Shown: positions 13,059 to 24,706 of the stretch, in pieces | How positions within the stretch are numbered: the first letter of the stretch is position 1 | Layout: the number at the start of each line of letters is the position of its first letter | NCBI GenBank assembly: GCA_010405405.1 | Contig: MU004231.1 | Coordinates: 4,018,884 to 4,082,883, forward strand | Direction: 5' to 3' | Length of the DNA stretch: 64,000 bases | Source of the DNA: Microthyrium microscopicum | Taxonomy: Eukaryota | Position numbers and translations under genes: made by a program | The notes under the pieces: model-generated | Told to the model about the DNA's origin: nothing | What the model saw: only the letters and a program-made list of their open reading frames with translations | The model's database searches: none

Positions 13059-14517
13059 ATGGTATCTACCGAGCTGTACCGCTTGAGTGCCTGCGAAATC
13101 CGAGATCTCCTCAGATCCAATACCATCACAGTAGAAGAATATGCCAAATCACTACTCTCACGCGTATCAGCCCGAGATAACACTGTCAAGGCATGGGTAT
13201 ATCTCAGTCCAGAATATGTGCTGGAGCAGGCAAGAGCTTTAGATAAAACTCTTAAAGACAATCGAGGGCCTCTATTCGGGATCGCTATTGGCATTAAAGA
13301 CATCATGAACACAAAAGGTATTTTCTCCACGAGCAGGTCTGATCACCGACTGACTCAACCAGACATGCCAACCGAATATGGTTCGCCTATTTACAAAGGC
13401 AACAATCCAACCTTTGACTCGGCGGCAGTGGGCATTCTACGAGCCGCAGGAGCTTTGATATTTGGTAATTATACTCCATGACTGTTTCCTCGACATCACT
13501 GATCAAAGGCAGGCAAAACGACAACTACGGAATTCGCCGCTGTTCAGAAAGGCACCAAAACGGCAAATCCTCACAATCCAGCCCATACACCAGGAGGCTC
13601 CTCATCTGGCTCCGCTGCGGCCGTTGCCGATTTCCAAGTCACGCTCAGTGTTGGCACCCAGACTGCTGGAAGTATTGTTCGCCCGGCGTCATTCAATGGT
13701 ATCTACGGCATGAAACCGACGTGGAACTCAATATCACCCGAAGGTGAAAAGACCTTCTCAATCCACAACGACACGTTCGGCTTCTTTGCGCGAACAGTAA
13801 AGGATCTTGAACTGTTCGCTGATATCTTCTCTTTGCAAGACGATGAAATGCCACGGTCAGTGGACCTTAAAGAGTCTGTATTTGCTGTTTTGAATCCGAC
13901 GGACATCCTGGGGGAAGGGTCAAAAGCCGCACTCGGGTCTGCTGCACAACTGCTACGAGACAGTGGTGCACGCGTGGAAATGATCGATCTGCCGGACATC
14001 TTCGCTAAAATCATCGATATGCACACGGAGATCCTTGCGCATGATGGACGGATAGCTTTCTATAAGGAATATCGACTGGCGCCTGAGAAGCTGAACAGTC
14101 AACTCATCGAGTACGTCACTAATAAGCATCAGCTCTCAAGAAAGAACTACGTGATGTATCTTGAAGAGTCATCGAGTTTGAGACCTCAGATGGATAGGCT
14201 ACTCAGTGGATATACTGCTCTGATTGCGCCGAGTACACTCGATGCTGCACCCCAAGGACTAGAGTACACTGGCAATCCTGTTTGTAACTCTCTATGGACA
14301 GTAAGTCATTCAAATATACAACTCATCTGCCGATGCTGAATGTGATTATTAGGCTCTACATGTCCCTGTTATCAACATTCCTGGATTTCAAAGCTCTGAT
14401 ATGCCTGTTGGTGTTTCTCTCATAGCTCCACGGTATCATGATCGACAGCTCCTGAAAGTTTGTGAAAAGGTTGGAGAGGTATTCACAAGGAATGGGGGAT
14501 GGACATCAAAGGTATAA
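13059..14517 (+). CDS. Amidase-signature family amidase
   Basis: IGIKD, GKTTTTEFA, PGGSSSGSAAAV, GTQTAGS.VRPAS and a C-terminal MPVGVSL. Introns about 13318-13362, 13465-13512 and 14301-14352; stop TAA at 14515-14517. Confidence 0.92.
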
Positions 14518-14613
14518 ATAGCGTTTCGAGTCCTTTGATCGGTAATACGCAATTCTCGGAGTGAGCGGAATGGATACTGCGCATGTCTAAAGTCTTTCCA
14601 TTCAGACTACATA

Positions 14614-15243
14614 CCATAGCGTGGGAGGGGGGGTAGAGGGAATGATGTCGAGTTCTCTTATTCTAGACATTTTGGCGACATAAAGTCTAAAATACTAGTT
14701 TACGGAGCCAATGTGTCTTGAAATAAGATTATGTCTTGATAATGTCTAGTATAAGAGTATCTTAATAGCTAGGAAGGATCACGATAAGAAACTAAGAAGG
14801 AGCAAAAATGGTAGTAGGCAAGAATAAGAAAAAGAAAATCTAGGTAGTCTATATGTACCAAAACTACAAAATTGCATATTTAGTATTCATAAAACTAGTA
14901 GAAGTCTATATGCTAAATCTCGCTCATAAGTAAAATACGAGGCTAGCCTAAAACGTAAAGTAAAATACCATAATTAAAACTATCTTAAAAATCCTAAGTT
15001 CTTCTATTAAAGATACTAGTTAATAAGACCTCTAAATCTAGTAAATTGCCTATTTAGGCAATTTTTTTAGGTCTATCTAATAGCTAGGACATAAATTTTT
15101 AGATAAAATAGTCTTATTAGCTAGACATAATACCAAGATTTAATATTATTTTTATTAAGGATGCTAGAAGAAGTACCTTTTAAATAAATAGTACAGAGAT
15201 AGTAGTAAACATTATTTCCTCTACCCCCCGTCGCACGCTATAG
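14614..15243. mobile_element. Non-autonomous TIR DNA transposon (MITE-like, TA target duplication), RIP-mutated
   Basis: Imperfect TIRs of about 35 bp: left ccatagcgtgggagggggggtagagggaatgatgt; right reverse complement ctatagcgtgcgacggggggtagaggaaataatgt. TA on both sides and an AT/TpA-rich interior. Confidence 0.85.
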
Positions 15244-15749
15244 TACCTAGGTATTTGCTTATCAATCTCATAGGAGACAGAATATAATGGAGAATCAATG
15301 CGGCTTCTATCGGTACCATATCCCCCAGGCTTCAGGTCCTGCAAGTGTACCATAGGCCTTCCTCCGCTTCCGGCGAACGCTGGCTTTGAGGGCCGCGCTG
15401 AATTACTTTGTCTTAAGCTTCATAAACTAAAGGAGCCGCCACCAGGATATCCCAAAGCCAGACCAGGGCTTGTGGAACCTGTGGGAACTAAACCTCTTGA
15501 GGCCTAGATCGTCGACAACTCAAGACCAAATGAGTGCAGCATCCGACAACAGCTCTATCTCGTTACCCATGGAAAACTTTCTACAGTATTTTACTCCTTT
15601 GAGTCTTCCAGGACGGCATATCTACATTTTCAGCAAGTCTTTGGTCGTTTGTAAGAACAAACCGGAATCACTATTCTAACGACTATTGCTTAAAAGATCG
15701 CAGACATTCGGGACCACAACTCAGCACAGTGTCAAACCGGTATTTCGAT

Positions 15750-16914
15750 ATGCCAACTCTGCGTAAAGCTTGCACAAACTGCACCACTTCGAAACGTAAA
15801 TGTGTTGTTCGGAATCCGAAATGTGTTCGTTGCTCAGAGAAGAATCTAGAGTGTGTGTATGACCTCGACCCTCTTCTAACACCGCCAACCAAAAATGAGA
15901 GACTGCTTGCTTTCGGCTTCCATCCATCTAGTCACAAAACACTAGGCAGGTGTATCTTAAGAAACATTCAACTTCGAGCACCTGGGTGTGACCCAACAAT
16001 CAGTGTGCCCGGTGGCAAGCACATTCTCGACATGGTCAGACTGGGATTCGGCACTGTGCCAGAGCTCCTCAAGCGAGTTAAGCCTGCATCGTTCGTGCAT
16101 CCGAAGCTGCAAATATCGAACAAGATCAATCCTATCGCTACCCTTGTGGAACAAGGGGCCTGGGGAGTGTGCTCGCAGAGCTTTATGCGTCTTAAACAAA
16201 CCGATATCAAAATGGTATCGGCTACTGAAGCCCTTACTGCATTGCAAGCACTTCTAGTTCACTTAGCAGAGTCTTTGTTCTCCACATGTCCGGGTGAACA
16301 AGAACAGGCGGATCAGTCACTCACCCTTTTATCTGATTGGACCCAAAATTTGTTAGCACTTGTTGACATTGGAATGCCACAGTGCCAGTCTTCATGGCAA
16401 AATTGGCTTCTAGCAGAAAGTAAGTTGAATATCAGGTTCACAATTCTTCACAAGATCCAATGGCAGATATCGCCCTCGAGGGGAGCGTGCCATTTATCTT
16501 TTTGACTCGTTCATGGCTCTATAAAGCCAAATGTCGACTTGTACAGTGAAAAGTCGCAAATGTTTCACATCCTTTCTATCAGCCCAGACTAATACATCGA
16601 CAGGTATTCGTCGAACTATCTTCATGGCTTACGTGCTCAATTTGTCGGTCATTGGCTATAAGCATGGATACTGTCCTTACTGGTTGTTCACGGAATCACT
16701 GCCATTTGATGCTCGACCAGGTCTCTGGATGGCCGAATCTCCCCAGGCATGGATTGGCGCAGCTAACGTCACAAATGGAGACGAAGTTGGGGAACAGCTC
16801 AGCTCATACCACGAATTTGCCGAGTCTTTTCGGGGTCAAACTATACCAGACTTTGGTGGGGATGCATTTCTAACTTTAGTAACTTACGCACATAATGGAC
16901 CTGGTGGGAACTAA
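15750..16914 (+). CDS. Zn(II)2Cys6 transcription factor, 2 exons
   Basis: CTNCTTSKRKCVVRNPKCVRCSEKNLEC. Intron 16420-16603 restores W..AESIRRT; LPFDARPGLW.A follows. Confidence 0.9.
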
Positions 16915-17089
16915 GCCCAATACGGTGTTACCATAAACACGATTTTTTTGGATTATGTAAAGTCCAAGACGGTTTATATCATTTGGCGCTCGCGTGGCCA
17001 TGGACATGGTCTATATAAAGCCTGCATCCTCCACCGTTTCATGGTTGATCCAGCTAATACCTCTCATCATCGAATCTTGATCTTGCATC

Positions 17090-18181
17090 ATGTCCTCTGC
17101 GAAGCCCCTTCTTGTTGTACTTGGTGCTACAGGTAACCAAGGAGGCTCTGTCATTGCACACTTTCTCTCCGTTTCGCCCTCATCATATGCACTTCGTGCA
17201 GTAACTCGGGATCCCTCCTCAGCCAAAGCTACTTCACTCGCGTCACAAGGGGTTGAGGTAGTGGTCGGTGACTTTGATGATCCCAAATCACTTGATAAGG
17301 CTTTCGATGGGGCATCAATCATCTTCGCTGCAACAGATTTTGTACAATTGATGTTGAGCGCCTCGTTGCGCGAAAGGGCTGCAGCAACGGGTGAACCTCC
17401 CGGATTTTACATCAGAGACTACGAAGCCCAGCAAAACAAGAACATTATTGATGCTGCGGCTAAAGTCACTACGCTTGACAGGTTCATCTTTTCCGGCCTT
17501 CCAAACGTGAACAAGCTAAGCGAAGGAAAATACGCCCATGTCTACTATTGTGATAGTAAAGCACTTGCCGAAGAGTATGGTAAAGCCAAGTACCCACAGC
17601 TCTGGGAGAAGACAAGCGTCTTTTATGCTGGATTTTTCCTCGAGAACTTGATAGGGGAAGATGGGGCTTTTCGGCCTACTCTGGTACGTCCTCGAGATAC
17701 TTGATCCACACCTCATTTCCAATGGTCTTGAGTTATCAGACTGATGCTTCCTTAGAATAAGTCAAAAGACACTCTCATTGCGCAGAAAGGAGAGCCTCTG
17801 ACTACAGTTCTTTTCCCTTGGTACTCTGCTGTGCAAGACACTGGCCCATTTGTAGCAGCTTTGATCCATGCCGCACCTGGTCAGAAGCTCCTCGGCGTCA
17901 ATCAATGGCTGAGCCTTCAAGACATATATAAAATCATGGCTCACACTATGGGAAAGGCTATTCGGTTCGTCGATAGCACGCCTACCATAAGTATAGGTGA
18001 TCCAGAGTTTCAGCGAGCTCACAAGGGGCTCATAGGCTTTTCTGTTGAATTTGGATACGATGGATCGAAGGTTGACAAGACTGTTCTGAGACCTGAAGAG
18101 CTCAACAAATCAATTCGATTGCCATCTGTGGAGGACTGGATCAAGCAGCAGGACTGGGACAATATATTGCAGTGTGAGTGA
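17090..18181 (+). CDS. NmrA-like NAD(P)-binding protein
   Basis: GATGNQG, RAVTRDPSS, GKNI/NIIDAA, DSKA, and DTGPFV..L after intron 17684-17755. Confidence 0.9.
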
Positions 18182-18214
18182 GGGTTTTGGGGTTAAGTTC
18201 AAGCCGTTGGCACT

Positions 18215-18429
18215 CCAACGGCATGGCAAAATAAATGGCGTACTCCCATCAACTCTGATGGCTACCACCAGCGCTGCTAACCAAGAGGCGCTTTAATTCC
18301 CATCGTATCTGATAAATACTCCCAATCCGAGCGCCCTTTATGGCAAATAAAGCACTCGATAACAGACCGTAGCCTCTGGGCGCCATCAGAGTTGATGGGA
18401 GTACGCCATTTATTTTGCCATGCCGTTGG
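18215..18429. repeat. Perfect 48-bp inverted repeat with 119-bp spacer
   Basis: 18215-18262 (ccaacggcatggcaaaataaatggcgtactcccatcaactctgatggc) is the exact reverse complement of 18382-18429. Confidence 0.95.
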
Positions 18430-18960
18430 CACTTTTGGGACATCAGTACGTAAATGCCTCATAGCGCTTCCGTTGAAAATGTAGAGCCAACAGGAGAAGA
18501 ATAAAGGGATTGTGTGACAGCAAAGAGGTTCATCGAGGAACATTGTTTCTCATATCTGCTCATAAAGGGTTTGAAGCAGTGATCATCAATAGCTTTTATG
18601 TGAGACTCATGTACACAATACACACATCTATGAGGAGACCAAAGGAATAGTATCCTCAATTTCAACAATCTTTAGAGCTCCTGAACAGACTCACATCTAG
18701 ATCCTTTGTCCTCTGCTCGATAGCTTGGCCAGTCAGCGATTCGAACTTCTTTGTTGTATTTATTCGACCTAGGCAGGCCTATTGTTTCCCATCCGCAAGC
18801 AGTAGAAAAGTGGTTTTGTAGTCCTTTTTCTATTTCTCGATAACCACGAGATTCAGATATTACGTGATGGTCTACGTGTAACAAACATCGAGGTCAAAGT
18901 CGAACATAGAACTACAAACCCAAAAATAGCCGGCGCATCAGCAATAATTGACCAGTGACT

Positions 18961-21307
18961 ATGCGCCGAGACCGGCGCGATGTTGGGCGCTATAAATCCA
19001 TCGCAAGGCTTGATATTGATGAGCAGCGCGACACATGGAGTCGCGAGGTTGCCAAACGTTCCGTCAAGCACTCTGAGCAAATGAAGCTACTTAAAGACAT
19101 CGCGAAGGCATACCCAGAAGTGACCGGAGGGATCTTACGAGCCCTAAGGGCGCGGATTAAAGTACAAGCAACAAAGGGATATCAGTATAACAGACGCCAA
19201 CCTCCACAGGAAAGGCGAAGAGGTCCGCCTCTTCTGGCTACGACTCATATTCCGGGTCGGCAATCTCGAACTAAAGATCTAGAAGATACTTTTACTAAGC
19301 TTTTCGCTTCTCTAGTACGTGACGATTCCAATCCGGCCTTAATTCAGTCTCTAGAGATCACCTTATGGCCCATCGAAACACCTTATAAGATTACTAGATA
19401 CCACACTGATATATGGAGGCGCGCTTTTGAGAAAATGCCTTCCCCCGCTCGTATTAGCTTTCAAGAATTTCTGAACATCATGCGAACTACTACTGTCTAT
19501 CACCAGCAGATATTCTATGAAATCACTCTCCTTTTATGTCTTCTTCCCAATCTGAAGGCACTTAGAATCAAGAGTCCTGGCGCTGCTTTAGAAAACAACC
19601 ATTCAGAGATTGGATTTGAAGAAACATTTAGAGATCTGAGACCAGTTCTTGACAAACTGATCATATTTCAAGTCAGTCCGCGGGTTCTAGATTGGAATAA
19701 TATTCAGCATCCCATGAGAGTTTTTGGACCATTCGTTAACAACCCCAACTTGGAACATCTAAGCTATTCTGACTATAGAGATATAAAGGAATTCAACTTT
19801 CCTGGTACCAATGACCAGATTATGAATATACCAGACAGGCCACCGCCTGCTCCTGCATCACTCCCTTTTTCTGTCCCTCCGAGGTTTCATTTCCCTGCGG
19901 ATCCTCCTGATGTACCTCCTCACCCTTATCAGGATGTAGTCACAACGGGTGACCCTCCACACATGGTACCTTGGAACAATAGATGGTGGTCTAATCCACT
20001 TGTACCGTCGGCATGGGGACAGCACGGAGGACAGAACCTACAAACTATTCGCCTGCATGGAGTACCAGAAATAAAGACTGCTCAGCTCCAGGACCTCCTT
20101 TCCAGACCAACCACTCTCAAGTCATTTTCTTGGGTCTGCTGCAACGTGACTTGTGAAGGTTCACACCAGGAAACTCATGGAGCAAAGGCCATAGTGCCGT
20201 TGCTCGCAAACTTTACCAACACTCTTCAACACTTGAATATCTCATTTTCAAACTACCAACCAAGAGAACAGCCCATGGACCGTTGCAAAAGCACTAATGC
20301 CCTATGCGGCTTCAACCATCGTCATCCTGATCCCAATCTAGGAAGATATACAGTCACACGCGCTTGTCCTCCTTTCTGTCATTATGAAATGGACTCACTA
20401 AAAGATTTTCGAGTCCTTGAGGACATCACTCTTAGTGGAAACTTGCTAAAGTGCCTGCACGGAACTTTTGAGTACCCTTTAACTGTCATGCATAGTGGGG
20501 GTTTTCCCAATGACTCCCTTGACTTGGAGGATATTCTTCCAGACTCATGCAAGTATTTGACCATTAGTAGCTGCACCAGTCACTGCTTCTATGAGCTACG
20601 AACATTTGCGAGACAGTTAGCCCGACAAAGACCAACGCGTACGTTATACGGGATTGAGGGTACACAATCGTCCACACCTCCGTCGCCTCAAGATGGACCT
20701 ATAAGCGGAGATTGTCCAAATCTGCAATGGATCGATTTGCAGGACACTGGAACCCCGTCAGACTGGAATTTAGATATACCTGCTCTGAGGCAGGAATTCC
20801 GTCGCATGTACCCTAATATTACTATATATAGTGACCAACAATCTCTACACACATCGCGAAGAAACCAACTTCTAACACAGCAACTTTTCAAGCCCGGTAA
20901 GACTATCAATCCCGCAGCCTGCTACTTTCTGATCTCAGTGCTAACAGCCAACAGGTCCACCCCTAGCCCCAACCGACCCCCGAGTAGCAAACACGATCCC
21001 CATGCGCCCAAACAATCCTAGATGGTGGCCAACCCAACCCACCATCGAAGGCCGACGCCACCCCGACGACGAGCCCAACGGACAAGACGACATTGACTTT
21101 GATCTCGAACTGAACGAAATGAACGGCGAAGGCCCAGATCTAGCAAAATTAGCCGGCTATGAGCGCCGAACTGTCAATGGAGAATATGCACGACCTTTTG
21201 GCCTCCGTCCGTGGGATAGGGAGTGTCCATTCTACTTTAATGATTTTCGGTGGAGATGGAGTTTTTTGATGGATCCTGAGAATTTGGCGCCTGGACCTGG
21301 GAATTAG
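18961..21307 (+). CDS. Hypothetical protein with degenerate LRR-like segments (possibly F-box/LRR-related)
   Basis: Long ORF from ATG 18961. Intron 20897-20954 (gtaaga...ctaac...acag) joins the 21002-21307 frame. LLPNLKAL, SLKDFRVLEDI and ILPDSCKYLTI are LRR-like segments. Confidence 0.65.
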
Positions 21308-22503
21308 GCAGCTTGATTGAGTGCTAGTGGTTCTAGTGATGATTGGGCTGACGCTGAATAAATTACAATCTGATGTATTTATGAATGGACCTGATATGTA
21401 GAGAGGCAAAGAGTGGTACTGTTTACTAAAGCTAAGGGGGGATGGCAGCGTATCAGCCAATCACAGCTCGTTCCAAAACATATATCAAGTTAGCAACCAC
21501 ATTTTAGTCTCCCATGAATGTGGCGGCACGCAGTATGAAAGGAGAGCCATTGGCGACGAATAGTATCAGTACGAATGCCGTGTCTGTCCTTTTTCCTGCC
21601 ATTCTTACATCTTCCCAGCTAGAAAGTAGCCATAAGCACATATATCTTGCACATTATCTATGCTAGCCTTCACCCCAAACTCAAATCTCACTCTAACCTG
21701 AAAAGTATGATTCAGATGCATTTTTATTCACCTTGTTCATCCACCACACAGCCCCATAGCAGATGGCACGTATCTATATACATAAAAATCCCTTGGGCTG
21801 CCATCATGCAGCAGGTTTCCTGCCAACCGGCCCACTAACAAATGCAGCCTGCGCAAACGAACAAAAAAAAGCTACTTGATATCGCTTAGTAGCTGGATAT
21901 ATATACATACAAGACAGGAAAGGCTAATGCTGTGCAAAGCTGGCCCAAAATAAAGAAAACCCAACCGCCATGAGGGCGCTGCGCAAAATCCGGCGCTTCC
22001 AGTCCAAAACACCGATAAAGTAGAATCGTGGTAAAAGGTGGGTAGAGTGAGAAAAGCGGGTATGTCAATGCGCCTGGAGGTTCGAAAGAGGTAAAAGTGG
22101 CGGGATCGGAGGAATCGAAAGGTTACAGTGGAAAGGGGTCTCGATTACATAGTAGATTATATTGGAGTTGTAAGGTTGCGCTGGTGTTGCTGATGCTTTT
22201 CACCCAGCGAGAAGATGGAGCAAAAGGTTTGATATGCGCGAAGGGACGGCCGCGTATGGTGAAGTTTTTTTACGAGGAGAAGAGGTAAGGGAAGCTGAAC
22301 ATGGTGTAGAGCTTCGTCGGGATATGGTTTGATAAAGCAACGGAGTTGCTTTGGGTGGCAATTAGTTTTACCAAAGCTTGGCCATCCAAAGGTATTCGAG
22401 GATGAACTTCTCGTTGAGATCCTGTCCTTTAGTTGATTTGATGCCAATGAATCAATTCGGCCCATGGCGAAAGAACTGTTGGTCTGCTAGTAGTATCACG
22501 AAG

Positions 22504-24706
22504 TTACGATGATGTAACAGTCTGACCATTGCAGCTGGGGATCGTCAAGCCGCTCTTGAGGTTCCTGTTCACGTCGAACAGGCCCCATTTGTCTTCCCAT
22601 GCCTGACCTGGTGTATCGAATTGGACTTTCCAGGGTTCGTCATAACCTAAGTTGTAGTTAGATACCGCTAAGAAAAAAGCAGACATTGAACATACCTTCA
22701 AACCAGAAATAATCTGTTTTGTTTGTCAAAGATTGGCAAACAAATGTGCTCATGAAGGTGTTCATCTGAGAGATACCAGCGACGGATCCAGCCGTAGAAC
22801 TCGTACATGCTGGACCACCACAATCGTTTCCGCCAGCACTTGGCCAACCTACCTCACTAATTACGTTCCCTTTGGAGGTTCCCTTCGTTAAGATAACGTC
22901 GTGACTAGTCCAAAAGTCCCAGGTCCATCCGGCAGCTTGTTCAACATTTACACCGGCAAAGAAAGGATGAACGTTGGACATGACGGTGTCTACTGCAGTA
23001 GCGAGTTCTGCTGTCCAGTTGTCTCCGAGGTCAGAAGTTGCAACAGGAATGTTGATACTTTTTGATGTAAGATTAGTTTTGACATCGCTAATGTACTTGG
23101 TCAGGGCAGTGATAGTTAGGTCCTTGCGGAATAAAACTTCGTTACCGACAACGACGCCCTTAATGTTTGTGCTGGGATATTTGTCAATGATATTCCAGAA
23201 TTGGGAAATTTGGCGGTCCACGGTAGTCTGATTATTGTCGAGCCAGATTCCAAGCCAGACCTTCATGTCGGTTAGCCCGAGTTTGTCGATGGCTGTAAGA
23301 ACCAATTCTGTCTGGCCACAATCGGTACCGTACAGCCTGACAACATTGGTGAGTTGACTCAAAACCGCTAGATCGAGTGTGACGTTATTTTGGAGGGGTT
23401 TGAGATTTAGGCAATCAGGATATTGAGTGTTCATGGGCGTATATGCCATGCCAGTAAACACTTTGTGGAGGTTCTTGTTGTTCATCAACTTTTTGACGGC
23501 CGCGGAGTTCTTGTCGTACAATCCAGAGTCGTTGCCAGCATCTCCTGCTGCTGGGTTTGCAGCAGCCTGTGCATCGTCGGCCTTCTTTTTAGTGATCAAA
23601 CCGCCAGCAAGGCCGCCACCTACACCACAGAGAATGAGAATTCCGAGAAGGAAGAAGAGTACCTTTTTCCACTTTCTGCTCTTTTTCTCCTCATCCTTAA
23701 ATGGTGTGATGAATGGATCTGGAATCTTTTCGGTAGATGGAGCTCCTGAACCTGAGCCCGAGGGTACGGCGCGCGCAGCATCTGGTGTGTATACACCCCT
23801 AGACGCATCGCCAGGCCGAGCCATGGCGGCGCCAGCTCCAGCAGCAGCTCCAATCCCGGCGCCAGCAAGCGCTGTATGGCTAGCCATTGACTTTCTATTG
23901 AGACTAATCATAGATCGTCGTTTGGGGTGCGCATAGCCGAGGCCATGGTCTCCATCATCTATGATAGCGTCTGGGTCCACATATTCCATTCCATTAAGGT
24001 TGTTGCGCGATATTGAGTGACTGTCGTATATGTTTTGATTTGAGTAGGGACCTTGGTTGCCATAGCCATTATGTCGACCAGATTCTTGGCCCTGACCATA
24101 ACCAACACCATTGGCATATGGATTGCCTCTTGAACCGGACATTGGAGGAGGCGCGGCAGCGGTTGCGAGATGGTCCCCTGAACTGTAAGAATCATGCGAG
24201 GAATGGGTGGGGTTGTTTTGGTACGGACTATAAGGCGAAGATCTCCCTCCATGCTCAGCCAGGTCACCTGGCAAATCAGACGATGAAGGTGAATATCCGC
24301 CAGCAGCACCGTATTTTGCCAAGTTACCATGACCAACAAACTGCTGGTCTTCTGCAGCTCTGTTCATGCCAGCGCCGCCAGCTGCAGCACCTGGGGCGTA
24401 GGCGGAGTAGTTATTGTTGGCAGGAGGGCCGTAGGCTTGTTGTGAACGAGACGGTGATGTGTTGAACGATCGGGAATTTTGAAAGCCTGGATGCAGGTCT
24501 GGAGAGTTAGAGTTGTCGTCGCGATAAGAGGATTGTGGCATTTGAGGATGCTGCGGTTGCCGATTGTCGTAAGCATATTGGTCGTGCCCTCCTTGGTCGG
24601 GATAGTGTTGTTGTTGATTATCCCAGTTATTGGATTGCTGTTGCCGCGAACCACCATAATTACCATTCACGGGCGGTCCATACTGGTTATTGGCATACGA
24701 GGCCAT
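22504..24706 (-). CDS. btgC: Membrane-anchored GH17 glucan endo-1,3-beta-glucosidase
   Basis: Disordered N-terminus, [10 protein letters not shown], one TM helix, then [31 protein letters not shown] and SEVGWPS. Intron 22647-22695 gives WFEGYDEPWK...WEDKWGL. Confidence 0.93.
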
